A stretch of DNA of 64,000 nucleotides from positions 13,206,001 through 13,270,000 of the forward strand of contig CM106585.1 of NCBI GenBank assembly GCA_048013815.1, written 5' to 3'. Source of the DNA: Setoptus koraiensis. Lineage: Eukaryota; Animalia; Arthropoda. The position numbers were made by a program, and so were the translations under genes. The notes under the pieces were generated by a model, which saw nothing but the letters and a program-made list of their open reading frames with translations, did no database searches and was not told the DNA's origin. Below are positions 48,001-59,823 of the stretch, one piece after another (position 1 is the stretch's first letter; every line of letters begins with the position of its first letter).

Positions 48001-51000
48001 ACTGTTTGTTGCTAGTACAAAAGTATCGGTAGCATACACGATATTGGTATTGGCGTCCACTGCCATCTACCAACCATCAGCTAATAGCCACACTATCAGC
48101 TGACTGCCATACTATCAGCTGACTGCCAAACACTGCTTACGTAACAGGACGTATTGTAATGCGCACACGCGTTGTTTGGCCAGCGACGGTCAGCGACCAA
48201 AAGCAGCAACTAATGGCAGTGACTGAAATAAAAGCGGCCAGTAAAAGAGACGCGACAAAAGCAAACTCTCGATAAGTTGCCATTTTCCTATGTCGCCGCT
48301 AATGATTGGCCGCCAACAATTGCATAATTGTGAGCGTTTTATGGCCAATCATTGAGGGCCAAACATTGACATAATAGATGTGTTGTGATAACAAGTGTTA
48401 CGTAAGTAACACTTGTCATTATGCGCTTGTTGTCATTATGCACTCGTTGTCATTATGCGCCCGTCATATTATGTTGTCATGTTCTGAAGAGTCCATGCAA
48501 TTCCCGCACAAACTATGCAAACTATGCAAACTGTGCAGACTGTGCAGACTGTGCAAACGGTCTGGCCAAATCTGGCGCTCGCTGGTGCCCGTGCACTGGC
48601 GTCAGGCTTGCCATGACCCGGCTAGAACCCAAAATCGGCACACGCGAGCCCAAGTGCGCAACGACACCGATAATGATTATCGGATAATCAATCATGATAA
48701 TTAATTATTTATGGCGATCATTTTAACTGATCCATCGGCCACAAGCAAGCGTCGCGGCATCATTAGCGACACACGTCTGAATATGGGCCCATGCCAATTG
48801 CTGCAGCGACGCCCACCATTTGTTGTCGGCGACGATGGCCAGCTATAAATAAGTTGTTATTTGATACAAACAAGTCCATAAATAGCGATATTTGTGTCGC
48901 ACAATTTCTGCGCGATCGCTCGTCGTCAATTTGAGTGTCCGCTAGCAATCGTATTTCGTGTGTTTGCTCGAGGCTCGATTCATACGAGTTGAGGGGGCCC
49001 CACAGCGAACAGCTTGCGCTGTGGGGCCCCTCAACTCGCTCAAAAGTGGCGCGAATCGCCGCAACGAGCACGTGATTGCACTTCAGGCAATCACGTGCTT
49101 GTTGCAAATGGCGATTGGCTTGCGTAACTCGAGTTGCACCTACAAGCTGGCAGCTGAATCGGCAGCGTGCATTGGCCGCCAAACACTCGACCGAAGCCGG
49201 CCCGTCAGCCGGCCCGTGGCCGCCTTGTCGGCCAGCCCACTCGATATATCGCGATATATTATGGCCGATAACTGGCCGACGATATGGAGCCGCAATCAGC
49301 TTCATTGCGTAACCATTGAGCGCGTCACTCATCGTGTTTGTCAGCGATCGTTTGGACATTTGGTCAGCGTTGCCGTTGCCGTTACATAACCGTTGCACAC
49401 GGTTACGTAACAATAATGGTATACGTGCAGTGGGCCAATATCGATCGCCAGATCGTGATCGATATTGACGGGCATCGGTGGCAGTGACCGGCACTGGCTT
49501 TCGAGCAGTGATGCGTTGCGTAACAGTGCGCCGAGAACAAGTTCAACTGATCGAGTTGATCAAACGAGTCAGCGCCATTTATCCGTCGCCAGTGGATAAA
49601 TCGCTGGAAATTCGCCGAAAAATCGGTGCAAAATCGGTGCAAAATCTGCCGTTGTCATGACAACAACATGCGACCGTCGTAATTGATTTGGCGCGATCTA
49701 GCTCGGCCGTCTAAAGCATGTGGCCGCCATCGGCGCTGCGTATGCCATGTCGATCTGTTATGATCCGTCGTTCGCAGTTCTGTCCAGTGGCGGGCCGTGC
49801 GAGCTTATCGCGAAAGCAGGTGAATCGGGCACAAGCCGTCATACAAATGTCGAGCCGTCGAACGAAAATCGCGTCGAGCGCAACGGGTCACAGCTGGCCC
49901 GGCTCGACGGGCCTTTCGAAGCCGGTCCAAGGCTCGTTTGGGCCGATTTTGGGCTGATTTCGGGCTGATTCTGGGCTGATTTGGGCCGATTTGGGCCGAT
50001 TTGGGCCGATTTTGGGCCGACTAAGGCCGACTCACAGCTGATTTGTTTGGCCCGTCTAGCCCAACTGATTGGCCGATATTGATTAATGGCGCGATATCGG
50101 CGCTGCGATAATTTGTGGGCGCCAGCTGACTGTGCCAGCACAACAACCACCACGATTGCGCAACAACCCCGTGTCAGCTGGCAACTTGCGAGTCACCGTT
50201 ATGACGTAATGAAGTTACGTAACGGTACAACGTTGTAACGCGTTGCTTTGCGCACGGTTGTGGCGAGCGCATTTTACATAACAGCCTGCATAACATAATC
50301 GTGCGTTACGTAATAGCTCACGATTGAATTAAAATGCTTGTTAAAACCAGATCGTTGCTGCAAAACGACGTTGCACTTCACTTTAGCTTCACTGACTTTT
50401 GGCATGAGTGTCGAGCTGCGCACAGTGTGGCGCAAAAACAACTCATCGGCTGTCAAATTGGCGCTGTTGGCAAATACGTCATGTACAAATAGTTGGACAA
50501 TTTGCTCGTCAATCTGTCAATTTTTCATCTGTCAATTTGCTCATTGGCCAGCGAAAGTTGTGAAAGTGACATTGTCGAGCCCGCGAGATGCCGCACACAA
50601 CGAGCGGTCACAATTTGCGCAATTTCACCAGCTATCAAGCCGTTATCTCTCGTTATGTCTCGTTGTGTTGGATATGAGTTGCGCTGGCATTGGCCGCCGG
50701 GGTCGCTCGTATCGGCGAGCCGGCGATGTGGCCGCGCACCAGGGACACTTGTCGAGTTTCGCTGTTTATCGGTTTTTTGTTTGTCGCTTGTCGCGCGCAC
50801 TGTCCGACAGCGACACTCCGATTTGACCAGTTCGACCAGTTAACCGATGTGCCAACAGCGGCGAGCATGTAATTGTGTCATTACGTAATGTTGTGCTCAA
50901 CTGGTAGCGGCCAAAGTGGCCACTGATGCTTGTGAGCTGGCCACTGGCTGGCGAGCAACCAGCGCAACGGCCAAAAAGCGCCAACTGACAATCAATCAGA

Positions 51001-51603
51001 TGAAATTATAAAATTGGTCGCACCGTTGATATCGCTCACCGTTGAACTGTCAAAACGGCGGCTCACAAAAATCATTGCTGACTGGCCAGCCATAATCGCG
51101 GCATAATCACTGCATAATCACGGCATAATCACACTAGCGCGGTACACTGACCGCGCTGACCGCTGTATATTTAGCTGGTGTCATTACGCCGCATGCATGA
51201 TAAATCATTCGCAAATGAGCGCGCAAAGACAAACAAGAAACAATCTATTTATTTGTGATGGTGGCCGCATCGCGACGCCGGCCGCTTGCTTTGCAACACT
51301 TGCCCGGCACTTGTCCTCATTGAGGCCGCACCGGCCATTTCGGTCGGTTCGGCCGTTTCGGGCAGCCCGCGAATGGCGGGCTCCAGCTGATCGCGGCGGC
51401 AATTCCAATTGCGCCAGCATGCGCTCGCTGAACTCGTCAATGTGTCTCGCTGTGTGTCACAAGTTGTGACTCACAACCATCGCCTCTCGACAGCAGCCGA
51501 CAGCATCGGCAACAGCGAGCTCACCTGTCGGGCCGCTCGCGGCGAGCGGCCCGCGCCACTTGAGCGGTCTCGAATGGACAGATTCGGCACTGGTGAGCGG
51601 TCA

Positions 51604-51719
51604 GCCCGATATTGAGGCCGCACTGGCCCGATATTGAAGCCGCGCCGGCCCGATATTGACGCAGCGCCGGCCCGATATTGAAGCCGCGCCGGCCCGATAT
51701 TGAAGCCGCGCCGGCCCGA
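51604..51719. repeat. 22-bp tandem repeat (GCCCGATATTGAAGCCGCGCCG) x~5
   Basis: Read directly; two copies are diverged. Confidence 0.88.
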
Positions 51720-53871
51720 AACGGTTGCCGCTTCGGAGAGCGAAGAAATAATTACGCAAATGATGATCGTGTTTGCCCATGTTGCCGCGCTGACATTCAG
51801 CCGCGACGCGGATGAGCCCCGGGCTAGCGAGGGCACCGGCCAAGCGACAGAGAGTGGCAAATTGCGCTGTGATGCAACAAACGGCAAACAAGTGGCCGGC
51901 CGGCACTAACAATGAGTGGTGTTGGTGGCTTAATTGTGTGCCATTATTATTGTTTAGCCACTATTGACAAATCAGTGCGTTTTAGCCGCTTTAGCTAATT
52001 ACACCAACCAGCGATGTCCGTGCCACCGAGCCGCTGTTGCTCAGAATGCACAGACTGCCGGATGAGCGGCCGGTTTGTGGCTCGGCTTGATACGGCCAAA
52101 CAAGCGGCTACGAACGGCCAAACAAACGGGCAAACAAACGGCCACAAACGGCCACATCAACAGGTTGCTCTTGTTGTTTTCTGGTCCAGTTTTGTCTCGC
52201 CACAATGACGCCATTGAGCCGGTGGCCACTGATTGATGGAATGCCCGCAATGATGATGATCGATCGGCCGGCCAGCTTGCCAGAGCGATCGTTATAGCGG
52301 CGGCGGCGCCAGTTGAGCCTCCAATTAGCCAGCAGCAGGTAGTAGAGGGGCTTTTGTGTCATTTGTCCGTCATTAACATGTCTAATGGGCCTATTTGTTG
52401 TTTGTTGTTGCTGAACTTTCTCTCTGTGGCCTACCCGATGTGTTGCTCGTTTGTTTATGCTTGTTTGCTTACGTTTGCTTGCTTGTTTACGTTTGCTTGC
52501 TTGTTTATGTTTGCTTGTTTGTCTGCGCTGCACTTGACGGCCCGAGACGTCGAGCGCATGTGATGCAATCAAACGAAAAGCTGCACTCATTAGCTAATTG
52601 ATTGATGCAATGATTGCATCCGACTTGACGGCTTCCAGCCAAGGCCCGGCTGCCCGCAAGTGTGAGCCGGCTGCCCGAAAGTGTGAGCCGGCTGCCCGTG
52701 AGCGCAAGCCGGCTGCCAGCCAAGAGCCAGCAAAGTGGCCATTTGTGGCCATCGCAGCTCGCTCACTTCCTGTTGGCCGGGCGATTGTCTTTGTTCGTTG
52801 GCGCGCTCGCATTTGTTACTTATTAACGGGCCATACTGATGGTGTCATTATCGTTATTGCATGTCTATTAGATTATGTCTGCCGAGCCGGCTATCGTGTG
52901 ATTTATCGCCGCTCGCGTGATTTTGTTCATTTGTTGTTCAACAATGGCGCATCAACGGCGTCAATGGCGTCCGCGCCGGCATGCCTACTGTCCGCCGGTG
53001 CAACCGCTCGTAATCCCGACGGCGCAATCTGCCGTCCCGATGCACTCGAACCAATACGCCAGCCAGAATTGCGTTAGTCAAATTAGTCAAATTATTAGCT
53101 ATATTACTAATATAATATTAGTCAGTTTCATGAGCCCCGCTCATGAGAGCTCGCCGGCCGGCTGGCAAATCTTTGTCTAGTCGATCTTTGGCTAGTCGAT
53201 CTTTGCCTATTCGATCTTTGCCTGTGCGATCTTTGCCCGGTTGATCTTTGCGTAGGCGTCGCATTCATCCTGGTTAGGGTGGCGAAGGCGCATTCTTGCA
53301 ATACATTCTTGTCTGCTTTATAAACAATTATTTTTCTGTCTTGGCGATCGCGCGTTTGCTCATTATGAGCGACCAAGTGATTATTTTAAATCAATATGGA
53401 GCAGCAAGTTGGCGTTAGTTCAAACAATCTCTCATACGAGGCTCACTAATTTATATTTATATTATTGTATATATTTATTAGCTGGCATTCTGCCCAGATT
53501 ATCACTACTTATCTTATCTTAGCTAGTGAGAGTAGCGCCCTGTTGAGAGATTAAATGATGCCACCCCATACATTGTTCGCGTCGGCAGTTATCACAATCC
53601 TTTCACAGGCCAAAATGGATGTCGATGATTTGTTGTGGCGCCACACTAGCGCGTAGACTAACTGCTCTAAATTATCTAGCCTCTATATCGTGCGACCTAT
53701 TCAAATTAATAAATTTAATAACAACATCAACAGGTTGTTAGTTATTAATTAGCGTATCTGACACTCCACTGACAGTCGCAGTCCATGCCAGGCTGACTTG
53801 AGTGAGTGGTGAGTAGTAGTACGGTTCGTGGGCCCGTCAAAAAGAAATCAAGTGACAGCGACAATAATTTG

Positions 53872-53874
<3 letters not shown>

Positions 53875-53906
<32 letters not shown>
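53875..53906. repeat. (TC)16 microsatellite
   Basis: Read directly. Confidence 0.9.
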
Positions 53907-53908
<2 letters not shown>

Positions 53909-54822
53909 CATGAATTGCCTTGACATGGTTGGCTTTATTCAATGTCAGTGGCGGCGCTGATATTGTGCACAAGTACAATGGCTTTGTTTTATGTCTGGCT
54001 TTTATTCTTCAATAATGAGGATGCTCCTCGCATTGTTCTCATTTAATTAGTATGATCGCACCTTACCACCGATTGTGTTTAAGTGTCAGTGCCAAATAGA
54101 ATGTAGGTGGCAATTTGATGTTGCAAGCTGATAAAATACTCGTACTACAACAAACAACAACGCTCTGGCTACTAGCCTGCTGCTTCGTCGGTCATTGAAT
54201 TTGCATATTTTAGGCACCTTCAACAAATCAAGATCACTTCCTAATTTGATTTTTAGGGCTTGTAATTGGCAAAGGCCGCCCCATGGCTGTGGTTGTGCGA
54301 TAATGAACAACAATGTGTTCATTACTGCAATAACTTTCCACCTGACAGATCACCTCCAGGGACAACGACACAGCAGCAACAACAACAACAGCAACAACAA
54401 GTGTGTATGTCCAACTAGTTCATTAAATTGAATTTGCAAGCCAATCCATCTAATCATTTGATAATCATTATTATAATATCTGATGGTGATGATAACAAAG
54501 CGTATAGACAGACCTTGCTGATGTGGCCGCTTGTTATTGTTTGGCCTGCATACCACACTCCCCACGTACTCATAAATTACTGATATATACAAATGAATAT
54601 ACGTAATATGGGTAGGCATTGCAGTTGTGTAGTAATATCTGTGTGGTAGTGGCACCATTGACAGTGCGGGTCCGAGGTAGCAGGATGCTGACGATGATAA
54701 TAATAATAATAATAATGAAATATCTCTCACTCTCTCTTTCAATGTGTGTCCATGAAATATTAGTGGCCAATCCTTTTTCATTCACAACAATTCAATTTTT
54801 AGTAATCTAACCACAAGCTCTA

Positions 54823-54823
54823 G

Positions 54824-54855
<32 letters not shown>
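54823..54855. repeat. (GTT)11 microsatellite
   Basis: Read directly. Confidence 0.9.
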
Positions 54856-54857
<2 letters not shown>

Positions 54858-56968
54858 AAGTTAAACGAGCCTGCCACTCGGCTAGCTGGCCGTGCAACAG
54901 GTAGCCCTAAATGAGATGATAATATATAGCCTATGTACAGTCAAAGAAGGCAAATAAGCGAGCAAGAGTTAGATGAGATTACAGGTTCAACATCATTATT
55001 TGCTGGATATTACCTACTAGTAGTTCATTTAGTTGTGGCTCTGGCCACTTTCACTTTTTGCTTTTTATCATTTTTCTCTGCCTTCTCTCTCGCTCTGGCT
55101 CGCTCTTTATCCATCAATCTCTTTTCTACAAGAGAAGTCGAGTTGCAGCTATTTTCTTTTCTTCAGACCAATTTCAGGTTCATTCATAGATTGCGAGCCA
55201 AGAGAGAGCGAGAGGGATAGGAAAAAAGAGAGTGGAAGGCAGAGAGATTGAATCAAGTGTTAGCATTCATCACTCAAAATCTCAATCACATTTTCTTTAA
55301 TTCTTTCTCGATCCACAATGGTTGCTGCTTATCACGTTGTAGAGAATAAACTAGAATTTTCTAGATGATTGTCTGGACCGTTGGCGATCGTGGTCATGTG
55401 GTTGTTGTTGCAACCACCGCAACAACAACAACAGAAAGTTTGAGATACAGAAATAGTGATTGTATATTATCCAATGCTTTCCCTCGTCATCGCCACTCCT
55501 TATCTCTGTGGCCCGGCAGACAATTTGTTTAGTTGAGGTGACCAGTTGAGAAATTTGTTTTTCTCTTAGTTTGTTGGCATGTGGATTATTAGTCAGGCCA
55601 TTAGTCAGCGTTTGCTGGCGCCGCCACCAATTCATGAACAACAAACTCGTATTTTTCTTTTTCTTCTTTTTTAAACACATAAATAAATAAACGTTTGTAT
55701 TTGTTGTTGTTGTAGTTGTTTGAAGGCCAATTTGTGTGCTCGGCCACCAATGATCTATGTGTAACTCAACATACAAATGAACGAAATATCTATCTTGGCA
55801 GTTGCCAACAAATTGCTGGTGTCTTCTATCTATCCATCCACGTATAACCCATTGTGTGTATGACAATCGCACAACAGCAACAACAACGACAGCAACTACA
55901 ACAGTTAGCGGTATGTTTTTTCTTATTGTTGCTAAACTTGAATTGATTGGCCATTATTGCGACATGAACTAGATTAAGACCTTCCTCTCCTAATTGATTT
56001 ATCACTCTTTGTGTGATTTTGGCTTCTCTATCTAAACATATCTCTCTGCAAATGCTGTATCTGGACCTTTGTAGCCTGCAAGTGTTCAACAGTGTTGTTA
56101 TGCGATGTAACAGTTAGATAGCTGTTACTACATATATGGTTATTACGTGTTACCTATTCCTTGGCCAGTTGCCACTTTGATTCAATCCTCCAATTAATGC
56201 GTGTGTTCTCAGTGGGAAGCAATTGCTAACACGGTCGATCATGGCAAGTATCACACACACAAGGTGATTAAATAACAATTTATCAGTGGTATGATTAGAG
56301 CACCAAATGCAATTGGTTATTATTATTTTTAAATTATATTGGGATAGGCTATTAGTTAAATCGTATCACAGCAATGCAAATAATGATGATATGATATGCA
56401 GATTGTTGATTGCTTTGCCCGTGTTCACAACGTGCGCCACACACACAATGCAACATTGTTTTTCCTGTTGGGCCAGTTGCAATTTGGGTGAGAGCAGCAA
56501 CAGAAAGAAGAAAAAAACCGTTGATTAGACAACACTGTTGAGCAACGAGTGAGCCATGTGGCGCCTTGAGCATCCATTGTTGAGTGCGCGAAAATGGCCC
56601 ATTGTCTAGCCAGTTGAGCGTTTAAGTGAAAGCAGATTCGATTAACAAGTTTTTATAAACAAGCAACTGTTTGCGTCACAAGTGCGCCACCCTGCGTGCG
56701 ATACCGCAACCGCGCATGGATATAGCATAAGCGTGCATTATCAGACCGTAACTATAATTGTTAGAGGTACCCACTTTTATTATATTTTATCCACATTGTG
56801 GCCACATTGCATCATGCGTTGGCATTGAACTCCAAATATTATTCTGAACCATTGAACGAGCAATTGAATCTGATTGAATCTGAATTTACCGATACCATTG
56901 AACTAACAAAACTAACTCAATAACGTATGCACCACTTGCAACATCCGTCCTCAACCCCAAACTAACAG

Positions 56969-57202
56969 GATCACATTCAGGAGGTAATAGACAAATGGCA
57001 CTCTATCGACGACGAGATCTGGGCCAAAATAATTTGTATGGAACGAAACAGAAGAATAGCCAAGGCGTACGGGAGAAAGCATGTTCTGACAATAAACGGA
57101 TCTCATGATGATTATATAGATGGAACAATATTGGGCCTGAATTCGTTTGATAATCCAGATCGTGATGTCAAAACTAAACACATCAAACAATACATAGGCC
57201 AC
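56969..57202 (+). CDS. exp: Expansion/Rebuf-family protein, coding exon 2 (start of MH2 domain); gene continues beyond the window
   Basis: DHIQEVIDKWHSIDDEIWAKIICMERNRRIAKAYGRKHVLTINGSHDDYIDGTILGLNSFDNPDRDVKTKHIKQYIGH then GTAAGT. Matches the Expansion pattern W..IDDEIWAK.I..ERNRR.AKAY....VLTING...G...FDNP.RD.KT......IG (recalled). Confidence 0.88.
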
Positions 57203-59734
57203 GTAAGTAGACATACTTGTAACACTAACCGCTTTCACTTCTCGCCGGCTAACTAAATAGCCACTCCGACTGGCTGCCAGGCTGACAGACTGACAGTGCC
57301 AGCATTATTTCGAGCAACATGTGTCGACGGTGAGAGACAAGTGGCTGCACAATTCACTTTATCCACGAACGATCGGGATTTTCAGTTGAAAGATGGTGGT
57401 TTAAAGTTCCAAGTTATTAGTTATTATATCTAGTCTTAAACTGACTCGTTTAACTGCTGCTGCTGCTGCCGATAGTGGTAGCAGTTTACTTGAGTGGCTA
57501 AGAGCGGATAGGCGAATGATACAAATGGATTGAGACAATTATTGAAACTTGTCGCCACTCTCCGAACCATCGCTCGCTTCTTTTGCTGGCTGTGACATGA
57601 TTCCAATGAACCTTTCGCAAACATTAATCGGCCAGCCCTGACACTGATACTGACACCATCAACCTGTTATCGTCGTCGTCGTCGTGTTCACTACCACTGC
57701 CACTGTCAGACTAAAGTGGGAAGTAAGCGTAAACACAGTTTAAATCATCATTCGCCCATCCAATAATAATAATAATAACAAGACGAGATGACTGTGTGTG
57801 CCAGCCCCAAAAGATCAGAAGTTAATGTGAGAGATGAACAACCTGAACACATACCGTATATCGACTACTCGGGCATAGACGCATGTGACATTGGTAAGGC
57901 CGCTTTTATCCCTGGATTGGAAGCTGATAATAACGAATCAAGCCAATAAGAAGTTCCTCACTAGACACTGGAGAGTTAAAACTAACGTTTCTGTGCTCAT
58001 TATAACCATAGTGGCCGTCGATTGAGGCAGTTTTACCTACCACATGCCATGATATGGCATGTATGAGTGGTGTTCATCGAGCGTGTAATGGCACTCTTAC
58101 AATACTTATACTTGTGATACTGCTCAAAAGAAAAAGTTGTAACTTGTTTAGCTTAGTTGGTTAACAGCAACGACACTCAAACAGTTAGTCGGTCATGACC
58201 GACTAACACACAGCGCGATCCAATTAGGCGAATTATGTTGATTATCAACAGAAACATTATCTGCCTAAACACAAACAACGCGACATGAGATGAATATCGA
58301 TAGCGCCAAGGTTAACACTGACAGTGTGTCACAGATTCTACTATTTTCGGCACCACTATCAACTGCTGATGATGAGACTAATAGGCCAAATTGGAAATTC
58401 TGGAGCTCATCATTCAGCATATACAACTGTATCGGCAATATCCGCTTTTAGCACATTTAGCATAAACATTTTGCACCACGGCCATGTGTATCAATTAAAA
58501 CTTAAGTGCACATTTGATAGCTTGTTTTAACTGCCTTCAAAGCATTTTACAACAACTACAACGACAAAACGACTCCTCCAACGTATCCTGGTTTTCCTAC
58601 TTGTGTGTTGTTTATGTGGGTATCTGCGCCTACAGGTACATGCAAACATTGTTTAGTTGGATTAAAACGTCGCACCCAACAAGAGGTTATCTGTTGATGG
58701 AAGACTGACACATAGTAACACATAGTGATAGCTGTATTAGCCGAATTGGCTAATTAATTGGCATCTCCCCAATCAACAGTTTGCCTTGATCAGAACGTGC
58801 CTCGTCGAACGTGAGCTAAAAGAGTGGCGCGCTGTTAATTAATTTAATCTTTTGCTTAAAGCACTCGCAAGTAACAACAACGTTACTCATGATCAACAAG
58901 TCGTCGTTCAACTGGTTGAGCGGCGAACGGAAACTAATTATCAAATTGATCTTTACACCGATATTGGCTTGTTATTTATTCATCGCGTCCATGCTGTTGC
59001 GGTTGATAACAGGCGGTTGTGCGGCTAGCCAATCAAATAAAATTGTTGGTGCCTTGTTGGCAACTCTCATTAATTATCTCTCATGTATAAACATGAGCAC
59101 TGATGCAGCAGCAGTAGCGATGGCTTGTCATCTAACAAAGTCAGTGTGACCTTTGCATCAATAACGGCGGGCTTAATTGATTGCCGTTGTGTGTGTGTGT
59201 TGGCTTGAGATTGTCGACTTGCAAGTTGCAACAACAATGGCACTTCCTCAAGATGACCACTGCTGCCACTTGTTGCACGACTAGACACAGAGCGAGTTAC
59301 CGAGAGCGTTTGTTGTTGCTATTTGATTTGTCTATTGTTGTGTAACTGTATTTGGTCGCGCACAAACAAACATTCACACCTGTGAACAACAGGTAGCCCA
59401 ATGGGCCGAAGTCCTGACGCCAACAACCAGCCAGCTGACCAATTGATCGCCTCAAACAACTCAAACCGGCACACCGAACACAGGTTAGTTAGTCGTTTGT
59501 TGCTGTTGTCGTTGTTGCTGTCGCTGCTGTTGTTGCCGTCGTTGTTGTTGTTGCCGTCGTTGTTGTTGTGTGGAAGCCGGGAGAGACACATAATAACAAA
59601 CAGCTAAACCGATTGTTGTGTTATATTCAATTAGTGGTGGTTGTTGCTCGTTAGTGAGGCCGCTGCTTACGCGGCTTGCCAGCATTGGCAGTCGACAATG
59701 AGTCGACTGGACAATTCGCCCAATTTGTTCGCTC

Positions 59735-59823
59735 AGCCGACTGCAGTCAGCTGATGGTCAGCCGATGGTCAGCCGACTGCAGTCAGCCGATGGTCAGCCG
59801 ACTGCAGTCAGCCGATGGTCAGC
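59735..59823. repeat. ~25-bp tandem repeat (AGCCGACTGCAGTCAGCCGATGGTC) x~3
   Basis: Read directly. Confidence 0.85.

Larger units (their letters stand above)
25505..56968 (+). other. 31,464-nt intron 1 of the expansion-like gene
   Basis: GTGAGT donor at 25505 and CAG acceptor ending at 56968. The splice restores the conserved RLFE|DHIQEV junction. Confidence 0.78.

Noticed and set aside
31561-51719. Short repeat arrays as CRISPR-like arrays
   Set aside because: Head-to-tail units with no unique spacers, no cas genes, eukaryotic context.
26000-53200. Many 100-256 aa ORFs in the intron (e.g. 36260..37030, 48763..49494)
   Set aside because: Overlapping on both strands, R/A/C-rich, often built from tandem repeats and with no recognisable domains; expected in GC-rich DNA.
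25505-56968. CAG|GTGA motifs as recursive splice sites
   Set aside because: They occur about equally on both strands and the forward copies lack polypyrimidine tracts.
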